Source of the DNA: Pseudomonadota bacterium
Lineage (GTDB): Bacteria; Pseudomonadota; Gammaproteobacteria; Pseudomonadales; Moraxellaceae
Direction of reading: 5' to 3'
NCBI GenBank assembly: GCA_021833365.1
Contig: JAKBFV010000001.1
Location: 2,750-66,749, forward strand
Length of the DNA stretch: 64,000 nucleotides
Position numbers and translations under genes: made by a program. The notes beneath the pieces were generated by a model that did not search any database, had not been told where the DNA came from, and saw only the letters and a program-made list of their open reading frames with translations. Positions 23,426 to 33,747 of this stretch are shown here, in pieces (within the stretch, counting starts at the first letter, position 1; each line of letters begins with the position of its first letter).

Positions 23426-23892
23426 GCTCTACAAAAATCCTGCCTACAGGCAAGACCGATGTTATGGAGACCAGCGACGGTCGCCTGACGCTGACGACAC
23501 CCATACGCATCAAACGTCGTGGCAACCGTAAGGCGGTGACCTTGCCTGATGGAGAAATCTTCAAACCCACCCGAGGTAATCATGCACCAACTCCGATCCA
23601 GTTGGCCCTGGCCCGGGGACACCGCTGGCTGGCCATGCTGGAGTCCGGCCAGGCTGAGTCGCTGACCGAGGTAGCTGAACGAGAAGGTATGGATCGCGCC
23701 TATGTCAGCCGTATGGTCAACCTCACTACCCTGGCCCCCGACATCGTTGAGGCTATCCTCGACGAGAACTTGCCGGCAGAGGTGACGCTGTTCGATCTGG
23801 CTTCGGCCACGCCGCTGATATGGGGCGAACAGAGGGCACTTTTGGAATCCCTGTGCTGCCTCAGCACCCTGGGTGAAAATAGCACTGGCTAG
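23422..23892 (+). CDS. recombinase-associated DNA-binding protein (HTH-like)
   Basis: 156 aa. LALARGHRWLAMLESGQAESLTEVAEREGMDRAYVSRMVNLTTLAPDIVEAILDENLP is the pattern I associate with small proteins encoded directly downstream of such serine recombinases. Confidence 0.55.
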   Translation: MSSTKILPTGKTDVMETSDGRLTLTTPIRIKRRGNRKAVTLPDGEIFKPTRGNHAPTPIQLALARGHRWLAMLESGQAESLTEVAEREGMDRAYVSRMVNLTTLAPDIVEAILDENLPAEVTLFDLASATPLIWGEQRALLESLCCLSTLGENSTG

Positions 23893-24116
23893 GCGATGCT
23901 GCTATCCAAACGCATTGAACAGTCAACACGTAACTGATTGTTTTAGAACGACTCGCAAAAAATGCTTTGTTGACTTCGCTGTTTTGAAGGTCGGTAGGGC
24001 TGGAGAGAATAACTGCCAGGAGAGAGCAGAATACGCCTCAGACGAGGTGCTGTGGTGAGGTCTGGAAGTCCGCAGAGATCCGCAGGAACCCCTACGGGTG
24101 CGCGGTAGTGGGCAAC

Positions 24117-24144
24117 AAAAAAGGCCAGCTGAGAGCAGTTGACC
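24117..24144 (-). terminator. Rho-independent terminator downstream of tRNA-Phe
   Basis: The minus strand reads GGTCAACTG-CTCT-CAGCTGGCC followed by TTTTTT. The stem is 7/9 paired with a T-run, 9 nt after the tRNA CCA end. Confidence 0.5.
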
Positions 24145-24153
24145 TTTGAAGGA

Positions 24154-24229
24154 TGGTGGCCCAGCCCAGAATCGAACTGGGGACACGCGGATTTTCAATC
24201 CGCTGCTCTACCAACTGAGCTACCGGGCC
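24154..24229 (-). tRNA. tRNA-Phe (anticodon GAA)
   Basis: 76 nt folded by hand: GGCCCGG TA GCTC AGTTGGTA GAGC A GCGGA TTGAAAA TCCGC GTGTC CCCAG TTCGATT CTGGG CTGGGCC A CCA. Canonical cloverleaf with an encoded CCA. Close to E. coli tRNA-Phe. Confidence 0.95.
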
Positions 24230-24267
24230 GCAAGAGGGGCGTATTAAACCTGTTCTGCCTCAGATCG

Positions 24268-24524
24268 TCAAGCTTTGGGTGGAACGTAGCCCTTCGGACG
24301 CTCGTAGTCGGCGTCATCGAGGAACTTGGTCAGCTGCTCTGCCAGAAAGGTCTGGGTCGTCGGCGCCATGAGGTTGAGATGATTCTCATTGATCAGCATG
24401 GTCTGATGGCGCAGCCATTCCTGCCAGGCCTGTCGCGACACGGTGGCTAGGATCTGCTGGCCACGCTCACCTGGAAAAGGAGCAGCGGCGAGGCCCTCCA
24501 TCATCGTCTTGTATTTGCGACACA

Positions 24525-24540
<16 letters not shown>
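24268..24540 (-). CDS. yggX: Fe(2+)-trafficking / oxidative-damage protection protein YggX
   Basis: 90 aa. PFPGERGQQILATVSRQAWQEWLRHQTMLINENHLNLM aligns with E. coli YggX ([37 protein letters not shown]). Conserved mutY-yggX pairing. Confidence 0.85.
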
Positions 24541-25573
<1,033 letters not shown>

Positions 25574-25574
<1 letters not shown>

Positions 25575-27370
25575 CAGTGATAGCCCAGCAGGTGAGCGCC
25601 TTGATAGAACACGAAACTACACACCCAGGCCAAAGCGATGGGCCAGGCGACCGCCACCAGGGTGTAGAGACGGCTGCGCGACTCATTGTAGAGGGTGACG
25701 ACGGTCGACAGACAAGGTGTGTAGATCAGGGTGAACAGCATATAGCTGAAAGCCTGTACGGCATCCATCTGCAGGCGCAGATGTGCCGCCAGGGCCGCGC
25801 CCTGCGCCGCGTAGATGACCGCCAGGGCGCCGAGGACGATCTCTTTGGCGACAAAGCCGAAAATGAGCGTCACGGCGAGATGGTCATCCATACCGAGGGG
25901 AGCGAGCAGGGGGTGGGCGCAGTGACCGATGAGGCCAGCCAGGGTCTGCGTCGAGGCCACCGGCGCACCCCAAGGCAGATGCGTCAGCAGCCAGATCATG
26001 ACGACGCCGGCGGTGATGAATTTACTGGCGCGGCGCACGAAGTGCAGCACCTCATGCCAGCCGCGCAGCCACATCATGGCGAGGGTTGGCCAGCGGTAGG
26101 GGGGCAGTTCGAGAACGAAGGGCTCGGTGGCGGGGAGCCAGCGCTTGAAGATGAGCGCCGTCAGCATCGCCGTGAGGATGCTGATGAGGTAGAGACTGAA
26201 TAAAACGAGCGGCGCACGGTGTGGTGTAAACAGCACCGAGGTCAGAAAAAGAAAGACTTGCAGACGTGCCGAGCACAGGGAAAGAGGGATGATGAGCATG
26301 GTCAGCAGGCGCAGAGGGCGGCTGCGCATGACCCGGGTCCCCATCAGCGCCGGCACATTGCAGCCAAATCCCATCAGCACCATGACGAAGGCGCGGCCAT
26401 CGAGACCGAGACGGCTCATCAGCGCGTCCATGAGATAGGCGGCGCGCGAGAAATAGCCGGTGTCTTCGAGCAGGGCCATGAGCAGAAAGAAGAGGACGAT
26501 GACCGGGACGAAGGAGGCGACGGTCGATACGCCATCCCATAGGCCATCGAGCAGCAGTCCGCGCAGAAAATCCGGTAAAAAACCCAGCCAGGGCGTCAGC
26601 AAGCCGGTCTTGATGGTGTCGAAGAGGCTGGAGAGGGCATCCTGAATCGGGGAGCCGAGAGCGTAGACACCTTGAAAAATGGTGTACAGGATGAGAAAAA
26701 ACAGCGGCAGCCCCAAGACCGGATGCAGCAGCCAGCGATCGATACGATCGGTCATCTGCGGCGTCGCCTGCGCCGGCACATGGATGTGACGCAAAGCCCT
26801 TTCCCGGGCCCGCGCCAGGTGTGCCTCATCCGGCACCTGTGTCCAGACCTGCCCGAGGGGCTGGGCATCACGCACATCGCCGGCGAGCAGGGCGGCCAGG
26901 CTGGGGTCGACCTGACGCATGCCCTCACCGCGTTTGGCGGAGAGAGCGATGACCGGCATCTCGAGTTCCTGCGCCAGTCCCTCACAATCGATACGGATGG
27001 CGAGCTGGTCGGCCTCATCACGCATGTTCAGCGCCAGCAGACAGGGGCGGCCGAGGGCGGCGACTTGCAGGATCAGACCGAGCTGTCGTTGCAGCTGCAC
27101 GGCGTTGGCGACGATGAGGATGGCATCGATGGCCTGGGTCTGTAAAAAGTGTTGTACCACTTTTTCATCGTCGGAGTAGCCGCGCAGATCGTAGATACCG
27201 GGCAGATCGACCAGTTCGATGAGATCACCACCGACGATCAGGCGGGCGGTGAGCAGGTCGACGGTGATACCCGGCCAGTTACCGGTTCGCGCCATGGAAC
27301 CGGTGAGGCGATTGAAGAGGGTGGACTTGCCGGTATTGGGCATGCCGAGCAGAACGACGCGTTTTTTCAC
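25574..27370 (-). CDS. feoB: ferrous iron transporter FeoB
   Basis: 598 aa. N-terminal G domain (LLGMPNTGKSTLFNRLTG, DLPGIY) followed by a polytopic membrane domain. Confidence 0.95.
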
Positions 27371-27616
27371 TCAAGTCACCATGATGGCGCGGGCGTCAGC
27401 GACGCGCAGGATGAGATCGGTGGTGCCGGCGCGCACTTGCAGCGGGCCGTTGAAGCGGGCACGGCGAATCAGGGTGATCGACTGCCCGGGCGTCAGCCCG
27501 AGGGCGTGCATGCGCGCACACAGACCCTCTTCCAGATCCAGGGCGAGGATGCGTGCGCTTTGCCCAGTGGGCAGCAGGTCCAAACTCAACACGGATGTTG
27601 ACGGTTCAAGCGGCAT
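27371..27616 (-). CDS. feoA: ferrous iron transport protein FeoA
   Basis: 81 aa. SH3-like FeoA pattern (RMHALGLTPGQSITLIRRA..GPLQVRAGTTDLILR). Immediately upstream of feoB. Confidence 0.85.
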   Translation of the reverse strand: MPLEPSTSVLSLDLLPTGQSARILALDLEEGLCARMHALGLTPGQSITLIRRARFNGPLQVRAGTTDLILRVADARAIMVT

Positions 27617-27631
27617 GGCTGGACACCACTA

Positions 27632-27660
27632 AATAAGAACATTTCTCATTATCGTTTATC
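27632..27660 (-). promoter_or_regulatory. candidate Fur box upstream of feoA
   Basis: The minus strand reads GATAAACGATAATGAGAAATGTTCTTATT. It contains GATAAT followed by a GAGAAA hexamer (4/6 to GATAAT), loosely resembling the GATAAT hexamer-repeat Fur consensus, about 16-45 nt upstream of the feoA start. The match is judged by eye only. Confidence 0.4.
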
Positions 27661-27831
27661 TTCATGATCCCCGCAAGCGCTCCCCCAGGCATTCGAGCGA
27701 CTTCTTGATCCTGATCAAAGTTTATCGCCTCAAATCAGAATTACTGATCATTCCTATAAGAATTACTCGTTTTTCTTATGAGCAATAAGAAATTAGCATA
27801 AGCTTATTCCAATACGGTATGAGGTGCCGCC

Positions 27832-28845
27832 ATGCAGACGCTCAAAAACTGGTTGCCGGGACTCCTCCTGGTCCATCTCATCCTGGTGGCCGCCTATCTT
27901 CTCGCCCACCTTACGGTCGTTCAGCATCTCGGCCTCGGGCCCCTCACCGTCGCCATCATCCTCGGCGCCGTCTTCGGCAACCTCCTGCCGGGCAGGACGC
28001 ATACCGACACGCACGCCGGCGTGATGCTGGCACAAAAGCAGCTGCTGCGCTGGGGGGTCGCCCTCTATGGCCTCAATCTCAGCCTCGCCCAGGTCATCCA
28101 CGTCGGTCCTGCGGCACTGGTGATCGACATTCTCATGGTCATCAGCACACTGCTCCTCGGCTGGTGGGTGGGCGTACGCCTGCTCGGCATGGATGAGGAG
28201 ACGGCTATTCTGACCGCTGCCGGCAGCGCCATCTGTGGTGCCGCCGCTGTCGTCGCCACCGAATCGGTCCTCAAGGCCGAGCAGCATAAAACGGCGGCCG
28301 CCGTCGGTACCGTCGTGCTCTTTGGTAGCCTGGCCATGCTCATCTATCCCCTCATCTTTCATATCTGGACGATCAATGCTGGTCACTTTGGCATCTACGC
28401 CGGATCGACCGTGCATGAGGTGGCACAGGTCGTCGCCATCGGCAAGACGGTCGGTGATCAGCAGATGACCAATGACGCCGTCATCGTCAAGATGATCCGG
28501 GTGATGCTGCTGGCGCCCTTCATGGTCGTGCTCGGCGCCCTGCGTCGCCATCGCCATCCGGGCGGCGAAAGGCAGGCGGCCCTGGTGCCGGGATTTGCCG
28601 TCGCTTTCATCGTCATCGCCCTGATCCACCCCTATCTCGGCCTGCCGCAGAAGCTGGTCGATATACTCAAGGGTTTTGATACCTATATGCTGGCGGCGGC
28701 GATGGCGGCCCTCGGTCTGGGCAGCACCCTGAGCAAATTGCGCATGGCGGGTAAGGATGCCCTGCTCCTGGCCAGCATCCTCTTCGCCTACCTGATCCTC
28801 GGTGGTGGCTTCATCAATACCATGATCAACCGCGTCTTCGCCTGA
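27832..28845 (+). CDS. YeiH/UPF0324-family inner membrane protein
   Basis: 337 aa, about 10 TM helices. Typical family segments are TAAGSAICGAAAVVA and STVHEVAQVVA. Confidence 0.8.
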   Translation: MQTLKNWLPGLLLVHLILVAAYLLAHLTVVQHLGLGPLTVAIILGAVFGNLLPGRTHTDTHAGVMLAQKQLLRWGVALYGLNLSLAQVIHVGPAALVIDILMVISTLLLGWWVGVRLLGMDEETAILTAAGSAICGAAAVVATESVLKAEQHKTAAAVGTVVLFGSLAMLIYPLIFHIWTINAGHFGIYAGSTVHEVAQVVAIGKTVGDQQMTNDAVIVKMIRVMLLAPFMVVLGALRRHRHPGGERQAALVPGFAVAFIVIALIHPYLGLPQKLVDILKGFDTYMLAAAMAALGLGSTLSKLRMAGKDALLLASILFAYLILGGGFINTMINRVFA

Positions 28846-28898
28846 GACAGTCAGATGCTGCGGCAGCCTTGGCGCTGCCGCAGCATTGTCTTGTGCGG

Positions 28899-29315
28899 TC
28901 AGGGTTGGGGACGGGGCAGGGGCGCGAGCTGATCGAGCAGCTGCTGGCGCAGCGCCTGTCGCTGCTGCCGGTTGGCTTGACGGAAACGCTGACGCAAGGC
29001 CTGTTTCTGCTCGATTGGTAGGCGTCGCCAGGCGGCGCGCAAGGCCCGCCGCCGCTCCGGCGGCAAGCTGCGGAACCAGCGGAAGCGTTCACGCAGACGT
29101 TCCTGTTGTTGCGGCGGCATCTGCGCATAGGCATCGGCGCGCTGTATCAGGCGCAGCTTACGATCCTCCGGCATCTGCGCCCACTGCTCGCGTACCGGCG
29201 CCAGCAGTTGTTGTGCCGCCGGCGAAAGATCCTGCCAGCGCGGGCTCTCTGCCGTCGTCGCTGTCGCCAAGGCGCAAAGCAACAAAGTCGCCAGACATCG
29301 CCGATCAGCTGGCAT
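28899..29315 (-). CDS. DUF3106-family periplasmic protein
   Basis: 138 aa. Signal peptide, then repeated R/Q/W-rich helices (W..L.P..R..L). Third gene of the ECF sigma / DUF3619 / DUF3106 operon known from betaproteobacteria. Confidence 0.65.
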   Translation of the reverse strand: MPADRRCLATLLLCALATATTAESPRWQDLSPAAQQLLAPVREQWAQMPEDRKLRLIQRADAYAQMPPQQQERLRERFRWFRSLPPERRRALRAAWRRLPIEQKQALRQRFRQANRQQRQALRQQLLDQLAPLPRPQP

Positions 29316-29628
29316 GAGTATCCTCTCCGATGACCATGAGCATGCTCATGTCATCGAGCATCTGCGGATCGACGCGTTTTTGTGCGACCGGTGTCAGCGC
29401 TGAGGTCCAGGTCTGGCCCGAACCCGAGGCCAGCAGCAGGGTCATGCACGCCACCGCCAGGCCGCCGCCGGCCCAGCGCAGCACCAGCCAGGGGCGCCGC
29501 CGCTGTGCGCTCAGGACCTGCCGGCGCATATCCCGCAAGCGCCGCATCTGCTCGGGCTGCAGAGCCTGGGCGTGGCGGTCGAGGGTATGCTTGAGGGTAT
29601 CCCACAGGATGTCATCAGGCTCATTCAT
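29305..29628 (-). CDS. DUF3619-like single-pass membrane protein (possible anti-sigma factor)
   Basis: 107 aa with a central TM (WAGGGLAVACMTLLLA). Overlaps both neighbours. Sits directly downstream of the ECF sigma gene. Confidence 0.6.
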   Translation of the reverse strand: MNEPDDILWDTLKHTLDRHAQALQPEQMRRLRDMRRQVLSAQRRRPWLVLRWAGGGLAVACMTLLLASGSGQTWTSALTPVAQKRVDPQMLDDMSMLMVIGEDTHAS

Positions 29629-30206
29629 GAGGGGTCTCCGAGTTGTCCTCGAATACTTTGCAGGGCACGGAACAGATGCGTCTTGACGCTGCCTTCACTG
29701 CAGTCCATGGCCGCGGCGCACTGCGCGACGTCGAGACCTTCCCAGATGCGCAGCATGAAAGCCTGCTGCTGCCGCAAGGGCAGGGCGCGCACGGCCACCT
29801 CGACTCTCGCCATATCGCGGGCGCGCTCGATGAGCAGGGCGGGGTCGCGCGGCACAGGGTCGGGCGCTTCCGCCACCGGATCAAAGTCGTCCTCGCGCTC
29901 GACGCCGGGCAAGGCCTGCCAGAAGCGGCGTTTCTGCCGGCTCTGGCGGCTATGCCAGTCGAGGATGCGGTTCTGCAGGATGCGCATGAACAAGGCTGGC
30001 CATTGTGCCGCCGGGCGATCACGGTACTTGCGCACCAGAGCGAGCATGGCATCCTGAACGATGTCGAAGGCCTCGGCGTCGATACGCGTAGCCATGCGCG
30101 CCATGCGAAAAGCGCGGCGCTCGACACTGCTGAAAAAGGCGTCCAGCCCGTCGCCTCCGGACAAGGCAGCCTCATCGAGGGGCGTCGTCAACAAGAACTC
30201 CTGCAT
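29625..30206 (-). CDS. ECF-type RNA polymerase sigma factor
   Basis: 193 aa. Region 2 (AFDIVQDAMLALVRKY...FMRILQNRILDWHR) and region 4 HTH (LDVAQCAAAMDCSEGSVKTHLFRAL). Confidence 0.85.
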   Translation of the reverse strand: MQEFLLTTPLDEAALSGGDGLDAFFSSVERRAFRMARMATRIDAEAFDIVQDAMLALVRKYRDRPAAQWPALFMRILQNRILDWHSRQSRQKRRFWQALPGVEREDDFDPVAEAPDPVPRDPALLIERARDMARVEVAVRALPLRQQQAFMLRIWEGLDVAQCAAAMDCSEGSVKTHLFRALQSIRGQLGDPS

Positions 30207-30273
30207 GGCGGCATGACCATCCTAGCTATGCTCTGCTGCGGATAACGTCGCAGCGACGCGGCGGTTGACGTCT

Positions 30274-33200
30274 TCATCGATAGACCGGATGCCAGTAGAT
30301 GACCGGAGCGCGACCGCTATAGATACCAAAGCTGGCGAGGCCGGACGGTGTCGTCGCCGCGACACCGGATTGACCGGCATTATAGGGGAAGATCTGCAAC
30401 CAGGCCGGCGCCTGCGGCAGACTGAGGAGGATGGCGCCGGTCACCCCGGGTGCCGACAACTGTACCTGCGTCTGACCACCGAGCAGCACCGCCTGATACG
30501 GCGTGACATAGCTCGGTTGTGTGCTCTGCAGCGTCAGTCCGCCCTGCGGATCGACGAGCTGATAGTCGCCATAGCTGGCATTGCTGCCGCTCGGTGCCAG
30601 CGCCAGGCTGGTGCAGTTGTCGAGGGTATTGAGGACGAAGTCGCTGTTGCCACCGCCGACGCTGGTATAGTACTGGGCGCTGACCGGCACATTGAGAGGC
30701 AGAAGCTCGGAACCATTGGCGGCACTGATCCACAGGCGGCCATAGCGCTCACTGGTGCTGCCGAGACCGACGGCGTCGGGTGTCGTGCCTCCAGAGCTGG
30801 CGAGATTGAAGCCGTTGAGAGCGATACCATCGCTATCGACCGAAGCCAGGCCGACGTTGAAATGATCGAAACTGCCGTCGGGCTTGCTCGCTGCATTGAG
30901 GCTGACGGGCATGTTGATGGCATTGCTCTGGCCATTGGTCCAGGTGTTGCCGCTCATGTTGCCGAGGTTGAGGCGGGCGCTCAAGGGCGTGACGACCGTG
31001 CCAAGATCGACGGCGCGCGGCACGAGATCGGCGCTGCCCGGGCTATTGAGCTGCAGTTTGGCGAAATTGCCGGTGTAGTTGCTGGTGGTGTTGTTACCAA
31101 GATTCTGGGCGACGAGGGTGAAGCCGGCCTGCATCGTCTGCTGCATATAGGTGAAGCCACTGGCGCAGGCCGGCGTCAATTGAGCGGAACCGCCGAGCAG
31201 CGCCAGGTGGTCAGGGACGAAGCGCCCGACGTCTGGTGCCTGGCCCTGCACCTGATTGCTGCCACCGAGATAGTTGTTGAGACTGGCATCGATCTGGATG
31301 ATGCCGACGTCGCTATAGCTGGCTGTGGTCGTGGCGCTGCCATTGCTGAAGCCACTGATGCTGGCCGGCGACAAGGTGCCGACGCTGCCAGGGTTGGGCA
31401 GGATCTGTAGCGGTGCCAGATTGACCACGGCGTTGAAGTGCGGGGTGACCGGATCGCCGATGAGGTTGCTGCCCGGATCGGGCTGACCATCGTTGTTGGT
31501 ATCCTGCGCACTCTGCCAGAGCACCGCCTGCACGGTCATCGAAAAGTTGTTGCCGGCTTTGGCGAAGTAAGGGCTATCGTTGGCATTGTCGGCGTAGGAC
31601 AAGGCGGCATCGGTGAGGCCATTGGCCAGGCGATCGCCGGAGAAGTCGATGGCAAAGCCGAAGGGGCGTATGGCCCAGAGCGGACCACTGCCGGCGATGA
31701 CATTGTTGCCACCGGCGAGATTGACGGCAAAACCACTGCTGTCGTCGACGAGGTTGAGCGCGACCTGGCCGACGTCGTCGCTGCCCAAGGCGAACTGGGC
31801 GGTGCCGGCGACGAAGTTCAGGCGGATGTTGTTGCTGCCCGGCTCGCTGTTGGGCAGAGCGACGCCGGCGATATTCGGGGCATTGCCAGCCGGATCAAGG
31901 GGGCCGCGCTGCACCCAGGCCTTGAGGTTGTAGCTGCCGTTATAGGCGGTGGCGACCTGGCACTGTGCGCCGCCGCTGCCATTGCGCGTCCACAGCTGTG
32001 CCTGCAACTGCTGTGGGCGGCCGGCGACGACGTCATTGCCGAGGGGATCGACGCTGCTGATGACAAAAGCATCGTCACGGAAGCTGACGCTGCTGCTCTG
32101 TCCCGACACACCGCTGCTGCTGGCGGTGATGATCAAGTCATCGGCATGGACGTCATTCAGCAACAGAGTGACCTGGCCCTGATCAGAAGGTGAAAACACA
32201 TAGATGGCGCCACCGGTGTCGCCGTTGGCGCTGAGGCTGCCCTGCGCCGTCGGCCCCAGACTCCAGCTGCCATGGCCACTGCTGGTACTGATCTGCAGGC
32301 TGCCGGTGTAGGCAGTCATGGCGGCGCCGCTACTGTCGAGCACGGTGAAGGTGACCGACTGCGGGCTGCAGGTGCTGGCCTGCGCCGAAGCGCTGATGCT
32401 GATCGCCGCGATCAGGCTGGCCTGACAGTAAAAGAGCTGGCTGGCCGGAATGGTCTGCAGAGCGATATGCCGCGACTGCCAGCTGAGGTTGACGCTGGCA
32501 TAGCCTAAGTGCTGGAAATAGTCGAGATCGATGGGGTAGTACTGCCCGGCCTTGAGCGCGATCGGCCCCGAGGACGCCGTCGTCGCGGACTGCAATTGCC
32601 AAGCATTGATGATGTTCTGGCCGTTCAGGGACAGGCGGTTACCGTCGTCGCTGGTCACCGAAAAGGTGTATTGGTCGTTGCGCGGCACCTGGACATAGCC
32701 GATCCAGCGCGTCGAGAAGTCGATGCCGGGAATGCCGGCGATGGGGGAGCTCTGATAACCCCAGTTGAAGTCGATTGGAGCGTCGATCCTCTGCACGCTG
32801 TTGCCGGTGAAAAAGGCGAAGGCCACACCGTTCTGATCGTAGTAAGTGCCCTGCAGGCCGGGGGCGTACTGCGTGCCGCCCTGCTCGATCAAGGTCGCCG
32901 CGCTGTTGGCAGCGACGGCGTAGCCATTGCTGCCGAGCAGCTGATTGACGGTGACCGTGTAGCTGGTGCCGGCGCTCAGGGCGCTGGTGGTGAGGATGAC
33001 GCCGCTGGCATTGTTGGGATCGATGCTGGCGGCGAGGATGCTGGCGCCGCCGTTGATCTGATAGTCGCCGAGCTGGCTGGCGCTGCCAGGATCGATGGCG
33101 GCGCTGAACAGCAATTCGAGGCTGTTGGTGCTGCCGCAAGGCTGGGTCATGCCCTGCAGGGTGGGGCCCTGCAGGGAGTAGAGGTTGGCCTGCGGCACGG

Positions 33201-33747
33201 TTTGCCAGTAGCCGCCTTGCTGATAGCTTTTATAGGACAGCCAATTCATCTGGGCGATGGCGGCGCCGAGGTTCTGAAAATACTGAACAAGGATCGGATA
33301 GAGGCCGCGTTGGACGTAATTAAAACCCCAGTAGTCGGCGGTTTGGGCGTGCTGCGTCCAGTCGTTGATGAGCTCATCACTACCATTGAAGACGGCACTG
33401 CGGCCGGAACCGATCGGGTCGTTGAAGTCGATGTAGACGCGAATGCCATCATCGCTTTCGGTATTGATCGCCCAGTAGTCACTGGTCGGAAATTCGATGG
33501 CACCGGTCCAGGCGACAGCGAACTGGGTCTGCTGGACATTCGTCGCCGGCGCGCTGTTGCTCCAGTTGAAGTTGATCGTCGGGTCGATGCGCTGCAGCAC
33601 CGGCGTGCCACTGAAAGCGAGGTACTGCGGATTGCTGTTGTAGTTGTAGTAGCTGCCATAGAGGCCATCGCCAGTGCCGCCACCGGGCGCAGCAGACGCC
33701 GTCATGGCGAAAGTGCAGAGGGCGAGAAGACGCAGGATCATAGCCAT
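30274..33747 (-). CDS. mshQ: MSHA pilus biogenesis protein MshQ (PA14-domain, large secreted protein)
   Basis: 1157 aa. Signal peptide and at least two PA14/GLEYA-like segments (GLYGSYYNYN...IDPTINFNW and GLQGTYYDQN...IDAPIDFNW). Last gene of the msh cluster. Confidence 0.75.
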   Translation of the reverse strand: MAMILRLLALCTFAMTASAAPGGGTGDGLYGSYYNYNSNPQYLAFSGTPVLQRIDPTINFNWSNSAPATNVQQTQFAVAWTGAIEFPTSDYWAINTESDDGIRVYIDFNDPIGSGRSAVFNGSDELINDWTQHAQTADYWGFNYVQRGLYPILVQYFQNLGAAIAQMNWLSYKSYQQGGYWQTVPQANLYSLQGPTLQGMTQPCGSTNSLELLFSAAIDPGSASQLGDYQINGGASILAASIDPNNASGVILTTSALSAGTSYTVTVNQLLGSNGYAVAANSAATLIEQGGTQYAPGLQGTYYDQNGVAFAFFTGNSVQRIDAPIDFNWGYQSSPIAGIPGIDFSTRWIGYVQVPRNDQYTFSVTSDDGNRLSLNGQNIINAWQLQSATTASSGPIALKAGQYYPIDLDYFQHLGYASVNLSWQSRHIALQTIPASQLFYCQASLIAAISISASAQASTCSPQSVTFTVLDSSGAAMTAYTGSLQISTSSGHGSWSLGPTAQGSLSANGDTGGAIYVFSPSDQGQVTLLLNDVHADDLIITASSSGVSGQSSSVSFRDDAFVISSVDPLGNDVVAGRPQQLQAQLWTRNGSGGAQCQVATAYNGSYNLKAWVQRGPLDPAGNAPNIAGVALPNSEPGSNNIRLNFVAGTAQFALGSDDVGQVALNLVDDSSGFAVNLAGGNNVIAGSGPLWAIRPFGFAIDFSGDRLANGLTDAALSYADNANDSPYFAKAGNNFSMTVQAVLWQSAQDTNNDGQPDPGSNLIGDPVTPHFNAVVNLAPLQILPNPGSVGTLSPASISGFSNGSATTTASYSDVGIIQIDASLNNYLGGSNQVQGQAPDVGRFVPDHLALLGGSAQLTPACASGFTYMQQTMQAGFTLVAQNLGNNTTSNYTGNFAKLQLNSPGSADLVPRAVDLGTVVTPLSARLNLGNMSGNTWTNGQSNAINMPVSLNAASKPDGSFDHFNVGLASVDSDGIALNGFNLASSGGTTPDAVGLGSTSERYGRLWISAANGSELLPLNVPVSAQYYTSVGGGNSDFVLNTLDNCTSLALAPSGSNASYGDYQLVDPQGGLTLQSTQPSYVTPYQAVLLGGQTQVQLSAPGVTGAILLSLPQAPAWLQIFPYNAGQSGVAATTPSGLASFGIYSGRAPVIYWHPVYR

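Noticed and set aside
23893-24116. Possible small RNA or att site between the island's last gene and the tRNA terminator
   Set aside because: Only short hairpins are present (for example CGCAGG..CCTACGGGTGCG) and there is no recognisable RNA family or repeat of the tRNA end. Nothing here can be supported by eye.
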